The notes under the pieces: model-generated
Seen by the model: the letters and a program-made list of their open reading frames with translations, nothing else
Database searches by the model: none
What the model was told of the DNA's origin: nothing
Made by a program: the position numbers and the translations under genes
From: Clostridia bacterium
GTDB taxonomy: Bacteria; Bacillota; Clostridia; JAAYHZ01
Assembly: GCA_050950825.1 (NCBI GenBank)
Contig: JBMNIH010000011.1
Location: forward strand, 32,001-96,000
Length of the DNA: 64,000 bases
Direction: 5' to 3'
Shown: positions 19,845 to 28,746 of the stretch, piece after piece
Position numbering within the stretch: the first letter of the stretch is position 1
Layout: every line of letters begins with the position of its first letter

Positions 19845-20520
19845 TTAAAAAAGTCCTTCTTTTATGACGAGCCCGAGTCGCTCATGACCGTTACCGTCCT
19901 TTTTGTATGTTATGGCCACAGGAACAATGCTTCCGCTTGTCATTTCCAACCGATTTCCGTAAAGCCTGTAGGTTGCGCCGAAGGTAGTGACAAAAACCTT
20001 TAAATAATCCTTCTCTTCATATCTTCCGAAAATTTTCGGTGCAACAATCGTATATCCTTGCCGTCGGAACGAATGCTTTTCGATTTCGGTAGCATACGTC
20101 AATTTTTCTACAAGATCATCCCCGTCGTACGAAAAATCCGGCAGCTAAATTTTCTTACGGATTGATAAGGCTTCGTACCATTCCCAAGGAGAAAGGGTTT
20201 CATCGCTTACATTGTTTCGAACCCCTAAAATATCCTTGCAAAGCTCCATCATAATATAAAGTCCTTCCGCATTTCCTTCCTCAAATTGAGACAGCATATA
20301 AGAAAGCGCTTTTTCTCCTCCGAGTTTGATTATCGTCTCGTTTTCTTCTTGATGCGCTTGGATATATGCTTTAGGGTCGGAAGCCTTAATCATAGCCAAA
20401 AGATCTTCGACCAAGTTTCCTATCTCGTCCTCGGAAAGCGATTCGAATCCTTTTTCCAAAGCTTCTCTTTCCCTTTCATTTATTCTTTGGCTGTGTCCGG
20501 ATTGTAAAATATCGACCTCA
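19845..20520 (-). pseudogene. Gene remnant (resembles clostridial BlaR1/M56-associated extracellular domain) with an in-frame TAG
   Basis: ORFs 20145-20459 and 19845-20102 share a frame: RKKI*LPDFSYDGDDLVEKLTYA; no proper start. Confidence 0.6.
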
Positions 20521-20541
20521 TACTTAAAGCCTTAACTTATA

Positions 20542-22440
20542 TTACGAATCGAATTTCCGATCGTATAGCAATGCCGCTATTAAAACCACAAATATAGAAC
20601 CGGCATTATGTACCAAAGCTCCGGTGGTCGGTGTCAGCTTACCCGTAAATGATAGAAAAATTGCGACAAAATTGATGAATAAAGACAAGGAAATACTGAA
20701 TTTTACGGTTCGCACAGTAGCATTGGAAAGCCGTTTCAGGTACGGAATTTTAGAGATATCATCGCTCATAAGAGCGATATCCGCCGCTTCCACGGCAATA
20801 TCACTGCCCATGGCTCCCATCGCTACCCCTACGGAAGCCGTTTTTAAAGCGGGAGCATCGTTGACTCCATCTCCGATCATACAAACCGTCCTGCCTTCCT
20901 TTTGCAGCTGTACGATGTTCCGGACTTTTTCTTCCGGCAGCAATTCCGCCTTCACAACGGCAATTCCTACCTGTCGTGCGAAATACTCTGCCGTTCTTCG
21001 GTTATCGCCGGTAAGCAGTACGGCCGAGGTATCCATTTTACAAAGCTTTTCCACCATTTCTTTTGCCGTAGGGCGTAAAACGTCGGATAACCCTACCGCG
21101 CCTATACACCTTCCGTCCGCAGCGATAAGGATCGAAGCTTTTCCTTGGTTCCGTAAATCCGAAAGAATATCGGTAACCTTCTTTTGGATATCAATTCCGT
21201 TTTCCTTTAAATACTTCTCGTTTCCGCATAGCAAAGTTATTCCTAAGACAAAAGCGTAAATCCCTCTTCCCGCTTCCATACGAAATCCTTCCGCATCCGG
21301 GATCGGGATGTTCTTCTTTTTGGCATATTCGACAATTGCCTTCCCTAACGGATGCTCGCTTCGTACCTCCGCCGAAGCAAGTAAAGACAGCACGGTTTCT
21401 TTCGGGATATCCGGCTCGAAAGATATAATGTCGCTAACCTCAGGCTTCCCGTATGTTAACGTGCCGGTTTTATCAAAAGCGACGGTATCCGTTTTGCCCA
21501 TTTTTTCCAGAGCCTCACCGGATTTAATAATAATACCGTGTTTAGTGGCCTGGCCGATAGCCGCCATAATTGCGGTAGGTGTTGCCAAAACCAATGCGCA
21601 AGGACAAAACACAACCGGTACGGTAACACCTCGGACGATATCTTGCGTTGTAAAATACGTTACGATGGCAATGAACAATGCAACCGGTACAAGCCAAGTT
21701 GCCCATTTATCCGCGATACGTTGTATGGGAGCTTGCTTTTTTTCCGAATCTTGGACCATCCGTATTAGCTTATGCAGCGAGCTGTCCTCTCCTTGGCTCG
21801 TTGCCTTTATATCGATGGCACCGAAGCGGTTTATGGTCCCACTAAAAACGCTGTCGCCGACTTCCTTATCCACAGGAAGGGATTCCCCTGTCATAACGGC
21901 TTGGTCCACGGAAGTATTTCCGTCGATAATGATTCCGTCAACGGGGATGGTTTCTCCCGGAAGAATACGCAAAATATCGTCTGTTTCTATGTCTTTTGCG
22001 TCGATCATTTCTACTTGCCCGTTTTGGATCCTACGTCCCTTTTGAGGTGCCAAGCCAATAAGCTTTTTTAAGCCTTTTTTGGATCGCTCTGCGGTTTTAT
22101 CCTCCAAAATGGCACCGATAGCCATAATAAAGGCGACTTCTCCGGCAGCAAAAATATCGCCTATGGCGATGGCGGCAATCATAGCCATGGAAATCAAGAG
22201 CGCGGAGGAGATCTTTCGCATACCCTTGTTATGGACAACCCGCCAAAGGGCCAAGTACAGAAGAGGAATTCCACAGATGATAACGGAAACCCAAGCCGGG
22301 TCAACGGGGACATGGATCTTTTTAAGCATAAGAAAAAGACTGAAGACTAAAAATATTCCCCCCACAATCGTCATAGGCAAGCCTGCAAAAAAATCGTTCC
22401 ATTTCTTGATGATACAAATCCCTTCCTTCCCGGTACTCAT
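20542..22440 (-). CDS. Heavy-metal P1B-type ATPase without N-terminal metal-binding domain (start uncertain)
   Basis: TGES, CPC, DKTGTLT, SEHPL, GDGVNDAP. Confidence 0.92.
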   Translation of the reverse strand: MSTGKEGICIIKKWNDFFAGLPMTIVGGIFLVFSLFLMLKKIHVPVDPAWVSVIICGIPLLYLALWRVVHNKGMRKISSALLISMAMIAAIAIGDIFAAGEVAFIMAIGAILEDKTAERSKKGLKKLIGLAPQKGRRIQNGQVEMIDAKDIETDDILRILPGETIPVDGIIIDGNTSVDQAVMTGESLPVDKEVGDSVFSGTINRFGAIDIKATSQGEDSSLHKLIRMVQDSEKKQAPIQRIADKWATWLVPVALFIAIVTYFTTQDIVRGVTVPVVFCPCALVLATPTAIMAAIGQATKHGIIIKSGEALEKMGKTDTVAFDKTGTLTYGKPEVSDIISFEPDIPKETVLSLLASAEVRSEHPLGKAIVEYAKKKNIPIPDAEGFRMEAGRGIYAFVLGITLLCGNEKYLKENGIDIQKKVTDILSDLRNQGKASILIAADGRCIGAVGLSDVLRPTAKEMVEKLCKMDTSAVLLTGDNRRTAEYFARQVGIAVVKAELLPEEKVRNIVQLQKEGRTVCMIGDGVNDAPALKTASVGVAMGAMGSDIAVEAADIALMSDDISKIPYLKRLSNATVRTVKFSISLSLFINFVAIFLSFTGKLTPTTGALVHNAGSIFVVLIAALLYDRKFDS

Positions 22441-22467
22441 AAACATATGATACAATTTATACGTTAT

Positions 22468-22482
22468 CGAACATGATGTTCG
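22468..22482. promoter_or_regulatory. Probable TetR operator
   Basis: CGAACA-TGA-TGTTCG palindrome between the divergent ATPase and TetR genes. Confidence 0.55.
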
Positions 22483-22588
22483 GTATGATTGTATTTTACA
22501 TTCGTCGAAACATGCAATAATCAAAACCGTTGTCTTGTATGTTACCGGACATTTTCTCGACTTTATTCAATACGAAAGGGGTTTTGCA

Positions 22589-23140
22589 ATGGACAGAAGA
22601 CAGCAAAGAACAAGGGACGCCATTTTTAAAGCGTTTCGATCTCTGCTTGAGAAAAAACGTTATACGCATATATCGGTACAGGACATTGTCGATGAGGCGA
22701 ATATCGGCCGCAGTACTTTTTATGCACATTTCGAAACGAAAGACGAGCTACTCAAAGCCATGTGTACCGAAATCTTTAACCATGTCTTTTCGGAAGAACT
22801 CAATTCCGAAGAAACGCACGATTTTTCTAAGGACAACAACGGTATTGCACCGAGGCTGACACATATACTCTACCATCTGAAGGACAGCGAAAAAAACATT
22901 GCGGCGATATTATCTTGCGAAAGCGGCGAATTGTTTATGAAGTTTTTTAAAGAGTACCTTTCGGAGCTATTTTCTCAATATTTGCCGGAAACAAAGGCAA
23001 ACATCCCCGTCGATTTTGTACTAAATCATCTTACCGGCAGTTTTACCGAAGCGGTGAAGTGGTGGATAGCAAACAGAATGAAAAACACACCCGAAGAAAT
23101 TGTCCGATACTATACGGAGGTTCGCTTCCCTGATTTTTAA
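22589..23140 (+). CDS. TetR/AcrR-family regulator
   Basis: MDRRQQRTR..ISVQDIVDEANIGRSTFYAHF.TK; AAAGGGG RBS before ATG 22589. Confidence 0.93.
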   Translation: MDRRQQRTRDAIFKAFRSLLEKKRYTHISVQDIVDEANIGRSTFYAHFETKDELLKAMCTEIFNHVFSEELNSEETHDFSKDNNGIAPRLTHILYHLKDSEKNIAAILSCESGELFMKFFKEYLSELFSQYLPETKANIPVDFVLNHLTGSFTEAVKWWIANRMKNTPEEIVRYYTEVRFPDF

Positions 23141-23179
23141 CCTCTTAAGTATTCGTTAAGCTTTGTCTTTACAAATAAA

Positions 23180-23536
23180 TTATTCGATGCTTAGTTTTTC
23201 CTTCCATTCGTCTTCGTTAAACCCTACCAAAACAAATTCATCACTGACAAGAACGGGACGCTTTACAATCATGCCGTCGGAAGCTAAAAGATTATACTGC
23301 TCCTCCTCGCTCATATGCGGGAGCTTTTCCTTTAGCTTCATTTCCTTGTACAAAAGCCCGCTCGTATTGAAAAATTTTTTCAGCGGAAGACCGCTCTTTT
23401 CGTGCCATTCCTTTAATTCCTCGATGTTAGGATGATTCTCTTTTATATTTCTTTCCGTATAGGCTATGTTGTTTGCCTCCAGCCATTGCTTGGCCTTCCG
23501 GCATGTGGTACATTTCGGGTAACATACAAAAATCAT
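23180..23536 (-). CDS. ArsC/Spx-like (YusI-type) thioredoxin-fold protein
   Basis: YPKCTTCRKAKQWL..FFNTSG..MIVKRP. Confidence 0.9.
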   Translation of the reverse strand: MIFVCYPKCTTCRKAKQWLEANNIAYTERNIKENHPNIEELKEWHEKSGLPLKKFFNTSGLLYKEMKLKEKLPHMSEEEQYNLLASDGMIVKRPVLVSDEFVLVGFNEDEWKEKLSIE

Positions 23537-23554
23537 AATCTTCCTCCGTTCATA

Positions 23555-24004
23555 CTAGCTTTGCACAATCCTCGTAAAAAACTCGACTGCACCCTTTATA
23601 TCCTTTTCATCGGGATGTCCTTTCGCGATTCCGCCGAAAAGCTTTAAAGGTCCAAAGGTGTCAAAGCCTCTGCACCCGTACATTCCAAGCAATCGGCAGG
23701 ATTTTTCCTCAATGACCCGCTTCATATCATTGATTAATGCGCTTTTAAGTCCGTAGGTGTTTATAAGGAAAACTCTTTTTTGGTTCGGTAGATTCTTTTT
23801 CGCAAAATCCAAAACCGCTTCGCTGAATTTTCCGAAATACGTACCGGATGCAAATCCGATAAGATCGTAGCCGGATAAGTCCGCCTCTTTTCTTTCGGTT
23901 ACATCGATTAATTCTATGTCCCCGCATTCCTTCATGGCATCCGGCAGCTTCTTTGTATTCCCGTGATGCCCGGAATAATAAGCAACGGCAGCTTTCATCG
24001 GCAT
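23555..24004 (-). CDS. Flavodoxin-family protein
   Basis: YYSGHHGNTKK FMN loop, DLIGFASG. Confidence 0.85.
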   Translation of the reverse strand: MPMKAAVAYYSGHHGNTKKLPDAMKECGDIELIDVTERKEADLSGYDLIGFASGTYFGKFSEAVLDFAKKNLPNQKRVFLINTYGLKSALINDMKRVIEEKSCRLLGMYGCRGFDTFGPLKLFGGIAKGHPDEKDIKGAVEFFTRIVQS

Positions 24005-24837
24005 TTTCCTTCTTCCTTTTTTTCATCCATAAATCTCACCCATTCATCATAAATCGAATACAGCTCGTCATCAAGATAGGTAAGCGCTTTTTCCTTCAGA
24101 TCCTCGGGAACCGTGTAGTATGCTTCGGCAATGGATCCCGTGATGGCGGCGATGGTATCGCTGTCACCGCCTATGGATACGGCATTTCGAATGGCGTCCT
24201 CAAAGGATACGGATTCCAAAAAGGCTACAATGGCTTGGGGGACGGTATTTTGGCAAGAAGCGTCAAACAGGTAGGTATCTTTGATACCTTCTATTGTAAA
24301 ATCCAAAGGGTAATAATCCCGCTCTATTCTCTGTCGAATCTCTTCCTTTGTATATCCGTGTCGCACCATATAAATTGCCATGGCAACGGCTTCCGCTCCC
24401 TTGATGCCCTCCTTATGGTTATGGGTCACTGCGGTTACGACTTCGGAGAGCTTTATTACATCGCTTTCCGTAATCGCGATATGACCTACCGGGCTTATCC
24501 TCATGGCCGCACCGTTTCCGAAGCTGTTGTAAGGCTTCGGATCATCGCTGAAAATCCAATAACTGAACCACCAACCGTAACCCACATAGGGATATTTTCT
24601 GCCGATTTCCTGCATGCATCGGACGGTCATTTTTTCAAGCAACGAATAATAGTCATTCATACCGTCGTCTTCGGAATTCATAATTTTCTCGGTTTCCATA
24701 ATGGCTTTTGCAATTGCTAACGTCATGACGCTATCATCCGTCGCCCGACATTCTTCATCAAAAAGCTCAAAATCTTTACCCTTGTGATTGCTGCCTTCGA
24801 ATCGAGAACCTACGATATCTCCGATAATTGCCCCTAA
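23995..24837 (-). CDS. ADP-ribosylglycohydrolase (DraG/ARH family)
   Basis: GAIIGDIVG, TDD, SFGNGAAMR, TH, GGDSDTIAAITG. Confidence 0.92.
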   Translation of the reverse strand, partial: LGAIIGDIVGSRFEGSNHKGKDFELFDEECRATDDSVMTLAIAKAIMETEKIMNSEDDGMNDYYSLLEKMTVRCMQEIGRKYPYVGYGWWFSYWIFSDDPKPYNSFGNGAAMRISPVGHIAITESDVIKLSEVVTAVTHNHKEGIKGAEAVAMAIYMVRHGYTKEEIRQRIERDYYPLDFTIEGIKDTYLFDASCQNTVPQAIVAFLESVSFEDAIRNAVSIGGDSDTIAAITGSIAEAYYTVPEDLKEKALTYLDDELYSIYDEWVRFMDEKKEEGKCR

Positions 24838-25005
24838 CAACGGATGTTCCCCCTTTCGAAAAAAGAAAAATAAGGATGCACATTACACCTTGCCCGAATT
24901 CCGGACATTTAAACGATATGTAAATTTTAACATAATCATGAGAGTTTTACAAGAAACCTTGGAAAAAGTGATACGACGTCCTTGTCCCGTAGCCGGATAC
25001 AGGCT

Positions 25006-25420
25006 TTATAAATAAGGGCATTTTCTTTCATCGAGGGTCGTGAGGGTAAATTGCTTTAATATCCTTATAGCCTCGTCCATATCCTCTTCACCCTTACACA
25101 GTACGCGTCCGACCGGCCAAGCCATGTTCGTGGGCGATTTCACTTTGCTCCCGTAGTACGCCGCCCTAAGCTTGCAAAGGTATTGGAATAGGCATCCATG
25201 ATTTGCATGACATAATGCCTGTCGCTTGTATCGGGGGCATGAAGAACCACGGGACTTTTGGTAAGATCCAACCAAGCGGTGCAATATACGGTATCCACGT
25301 TGGGCGTTACCACATCCTTGAATTCCGGTGTGATGAGTTTATAGAAGAATACATTGGATGCCGTAAGGACCGGCTGCGTTGTATTGTCCAAGACTTAAAA
25401 AGCACTCCTCGTTAACATAA
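25006..25420 (-). pseudogene. DUF1254-like gene fragment, frameshifted
   Basis: VVTPNVDTVYCTAWLDL..MDAYSNTFAS.G.RTTG, then PTNMAW.VGRVL in another frame. Confidence 0.7.
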
Positions 25421-25474
25421 TAATGCCATTGGCAAGGCTTGGCACGGTGATACTCCTTAGGGCTTTCAAAAGAA

Positions 25475-25524
25475 AAAAGGGACCCGGTCCTTTTACGGCT
25501 TGAAAAGACCGGTTCCCCTTTTTT
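25475..25524 (-). terminator. Rho-independent terminator
   Basis: AAAAAGGGA.CCGGTC..GACCGG.TCCC.TTTTT inverted repeat. Confidence 0.7.
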
Positions 25525-25542
25525 AACCTTATAACTTTCCTT

Positions 25543-26466
25543 TTATATCTTCTCCACCCTCAAAACGGCGGCATTAAACTCTTGTCGTATTTCCTTAAAC
25601 AGCGAGGATACGCCTAAGATCCCCATAATCAACCCGATAGCAAAGTTAGGAGCAATATCCCTTAAAATTTCCGGTGTCGATATAATGATATATATAATAT
25701 TCATTGAAAAGGGAATTTCGTAATAATTGATTACGGCAATGGTATAGGCTACGACCTCGGCAAAGAGAATGCCGAATACGGTACATCCCATAATGATCCA
25801 CCAGGTCGCCTTGCTCGTCTTTCCTCCCGTTAATTTATAGCCCTTCAAGGAAACCTTGCCGATTACAAAACCGAAAATCGCTGCAAACCATCCCGCATAG
25901 GAGGCGATGATCCAAGGTATGGAGCCGATAATACTTCCGATAAACGCACCTGCAAAGCCCGGTATGTAATTCTTTTTGGTATTGGCGTACTCCTCTTCAT
26001 TTTGCTTGGAGATACTCTTTGCTTCCTCGTAGCAGTAAGGACAGATGCTCACGGGGATATCGTTGTAAAGGACGGATTCCGTATCCTCCTCTCTTCCGCA
26101 CTTAAAACACTTTCCGGTTTCGGGTATTTTTAATTCCATGAAAAGCTTCGAAGCATGATCCAAGTATTTTATGATATCATCATACTTCAGTGATCGCAGC
26201 ACTTCCTTGAATGTAGCGGTTAATACGCCGTCGTCTAAGCTTACATCGGATATCCGTAATTCCTCTTTGTGCCGATTCAGGTCCTCCAAAATTTGAACCT
26301 TTTGCGTTTCATCCAAGTGCGGCAGCGATACGGATACAATTGTTTGATAGTTGTTCCAATACGCCGTAAAGTAATACCCGTTGTGCTTCCCGTAAGCTCG
26401 TTGCTTTTCTTGCCTTACTTTCCAATTGTTTTTCTTCATCAAATCTTTAATTACCCGTATGGCCAC
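25543..26466 (-). CDS. Hypothetical membrane protein with CxxC/CxxC zinc ribbon
   Basis: CFKC..CPYC followed by about 4 Gly-rich TM helices. Confidence 0.75.
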   Translation of the reverse strand: MAIRVIKDLMKKNNWKVRQEKQRAYGKHNGYYFTAYWNNYQTIVSVSLPHLDETQKVQILEDLNRHKEELRISDVSLDDGVLTATFKEVLRSLKYDDIIKYLDHASKLFMELKIPETGKCFKCGREEDTESVLYNDIPVSICPYCYEEAKSISKQNEEEYANTKKNYIPGFAGAFIGSIIGSIPWIIASYAGWFAAIFGFVIGKVSLKGYKLTGGKTSKATWWIIMGCTVFGILFAEVVAYTIAVINYYEIPFSMNIIYIIISTPEILRDIAPNFAIGLIMGILGVSSLFKEIRQEFNAAVLRVEKI

Positions 26467-26549
26467 GTTTGATTTCCTCTCAAAGTTCTCCTCTTAAAGT
26501 TTTATATCTTTTCTCCGTGGCTTCGATCCATCGAAGCCACGGAGTATTT

Positions 26550-27983
26550 TTACCTGAAATTTCGAAACCGATGGAAGGTAAGATGATTTGCGTTATGATA
26601 ATTGTATGCACCGTTTATGGCCGTTCTTGAAACCGCCGAGATGTCATCGCCGTCAAAAATCCAATCCGGATATTGAAATCCTACCTTGGTGTCATCTTCC
26701 GGCCACCGGTTGTCCTCATAGTTCAACAAATCTCTTTCAATTTTCCAGTGTAAAAGATCGGTAGACGATGTGAGTGTAAGAATATTTCTTTGGGATACAT
26801 TTTTTGTTGTTACCCTGTTCACCAAAGCGTAATATTTTTTGCTTACCTCATCGAACCGTACGGTAAACTTGGACATGTTCCCCGGAAAGTCGATGACCCT
26901 TCCGAATTGGAGCGGAGCTCCCGGATTGTCCTTGTCGATTTTTAAGATGATTGCCTTCCCGTAGTCCGGTATTGCGCCTTTTGTATTGTACCTCAAGATA
27001 TTTACAAGCTCCCCTTCGGGAGTTATTACCACATTGCCCTCTAACAAGCTCGGATTACCGCCTTTAACGGTTCCCGGCCACCCGGAATCGTAGGGGAGAA
27101 ACGGTGTTACGGTCCAATTTTTTCCGTTCATAATATCCGCATCCTCCGGAACGGAGGCTACACCGGAGGCATGGCCGCCTAAACTCCAAGCGCCGTAGTC
27201 GATGGCCGTCCACAATCGCCCGTTATACCGTACCACCGGCATCGGCGCCTTGTGAGGGCCGCCTTTATCTTCTCCTCCGCTTTCCAACAGGGTCGCAGGA
27301 TCGCTCCAGGTTTTTCCCCCGTCCTCGGAGCAAAATAGCAGCAGCGCTCCGTATTCCGTACTCGTTCCTAACATATAGAGCTTGTCGTTATGGACAAACA
27401 GTTTTCCCCAAAAACAAGGCGATACATCGGATAGATACTTCCAAGATTCCCCGTTATCCTTCGATACAAACACCTTACTGAGATTCCGGCCGCCGTTTCC
27501 CCAATAAATATCGTGAGACGCCAAAAGACGGCCGTCGGGGAGTCGAACAATGGAGGGGCTGCAGGTGGATCGGCCGGAAATATTGTAGGTATAGTCCTCG
27601 GGGTGAATATAGTTGATCACGACTCCCGGCACAAAGCCCGTCCTGAAAAATCTAACGGGACTTCTTGCCCGTATGTCTCCCTTGTTTTTATCGATCATTT
27701 TCAGCTCGACCTTGTAATCCCGTCCGTTTCTTAAATCCGTATATTGAAAACAGGATGCATCCTTCGGCAATATGGCATGAACGATTTTTTTACCACTTTC
27801 AAGATCGTCGATTTCTACATAAATTTCGTATTCACCCTTTATGGCATCCCTAAGATCACTTCCATAATACTCAAAATCCAAAGAAATGCTTTGGTCTCCC
27901 GGTGCCATCCGTACGATATGAAGACCTCCGTATGCTTTGCTATTTTCCGGTTTCGTAGGATTTTCCGCAAACCTGTCGCTCAT
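26550..27983 (-). CDS. Sialidase-like (BNR/Asp-box) beta-propeller with N-terminal FN3-like domain
   Basis: Asp-boxes SKDNGESW, SEDGGKTW, STDLLHW; AGGAGG RBS before ATG 27983; no signal peptide. Confidence 0.8.
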   Translation of the reverse strand: MSDRFAENPTKPENSKAYGGLHIVRMAPGDQSISLDFEYYGSDLRDAIKGEYEIYVEIDDLESGKKIVHAILPKDASCFQYTDLRNGRDYKVELKMIDKNKGDIRARSPVRFFRTGFVPGVVINYIHPEDYTYNISGRSTCSPSIVRLPDGRLLASHDIYWGNGGRNLSKVFVSKDNGESWKYLSDVSPCFWGKLFVHNDKLYMLGTSTEYGALLLFCSEDGGKTWSDPATLLESGGEDKGGPHKAPMPVVRYNGRLWTAIDYGAWSLGGHASGVASVPEDADIMNGKNWTVTPFLPYDSGWPGTVKGGNPSLLEGNVVITPEGELVNILRYNTKGAIPDYGKAIILKIDKDNPGAPLQFGRVIDFPGNMSKFTVRFDEVSKKYYALVNRVTTKNVSQRNILTLTSSTDLLHWKIERDLLNYEDNRWPEDDTKVGFQYPDWIFDGDDISAVSRTAINGAYNYHNANHLTFHRFRNFR

Positions 27984-28004
27984 TGGCGATTTCCTCCTAT
28001 ACAA

Positions 28005-28436
28005 TCATCGTATCGGTGCATCCGTAAACTTCCCGACGCCAAGCTCTTTTAACATGTCGTGAAATTCATCGACCAATTCGGGGTAGAACTTCCACAACAG
28101 ATTTTGACCGTCATTCGGATGTCTCGGCGCAATATGCCAATGAGCATGGAAAACCGACTGTTGGGCGGCTTTCCCGTTGTTTGATATGATCTGTACCGCG
28201 TCGATGCCTAGCTTCTTGTGATAAAGATCCGTAACGTACTTTAGCACGGCCATAACTTCATTAAGAGCCTCTAACGGAATGTCGAATATATTTTCGTAAT
28301 GTCTTTTCGGCATCACCATGGTATGCCATTTGCCCATGGGATTAATATCAAAGATGGCGCAGGCATGCTCCGACTCGGCAACCATCCAAGAACGGGCTTC
28401 ATGCCTTCCGATTTTACAAAAGATGCAGTCCTCCAT
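28005..28436 (-). CDS. HIT-family nucleotide hydrolase
   Basis: MEDCIFCKI, HAHWH triad; AGGAGGAG RBS. Confidence 0.92.
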   Translation of the reverse strand: MEDCIFCKIGRHEARSWMVAESEHACAIFDINPMGKWHTMVMPKRHYENIFDIPLEALNEVMAVLKYVTDLYHKKLGIDAVQIISNNGKAAQQSVFHAHWHIAPRHPNDGQNLLWKFYPELVDEFHDMLKELGVGKFTDAPIR

Positions 28437-28746
28437 CTTACTCCTCCTTACCATGTCTCTTTTATGATAGTTTTCGTCCGTTATGGGAATCCCGTACAAA
28501 TTTAATTATACTATACAGTAATAATTTATCTACAAGTATTTTACTTTATCGGATTTTTTCGTGCTATCGGTTACCGTATGTTTTCAATTCACCCGCTTTT
28601 CACCTATTTTTCATCCGTTTTTCGTCTTCTTTTACGGGTTCTCGCCTATCTTTTTCTTTAATTCATATACAATGTGATATATAATAATCACGGAGATCTT
28701 TTCATTTACCGATCCGACATATTGAGAATAAGGAGTATTTATATAC

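Noticed and set aside
20145-20147. In-frame TAG as possible pyrrolysine or readthrough codon
   Set aside because: The gene is truncated at both ends in a decay zone and no pyl genes are visible; a nonsense mutation is simpler
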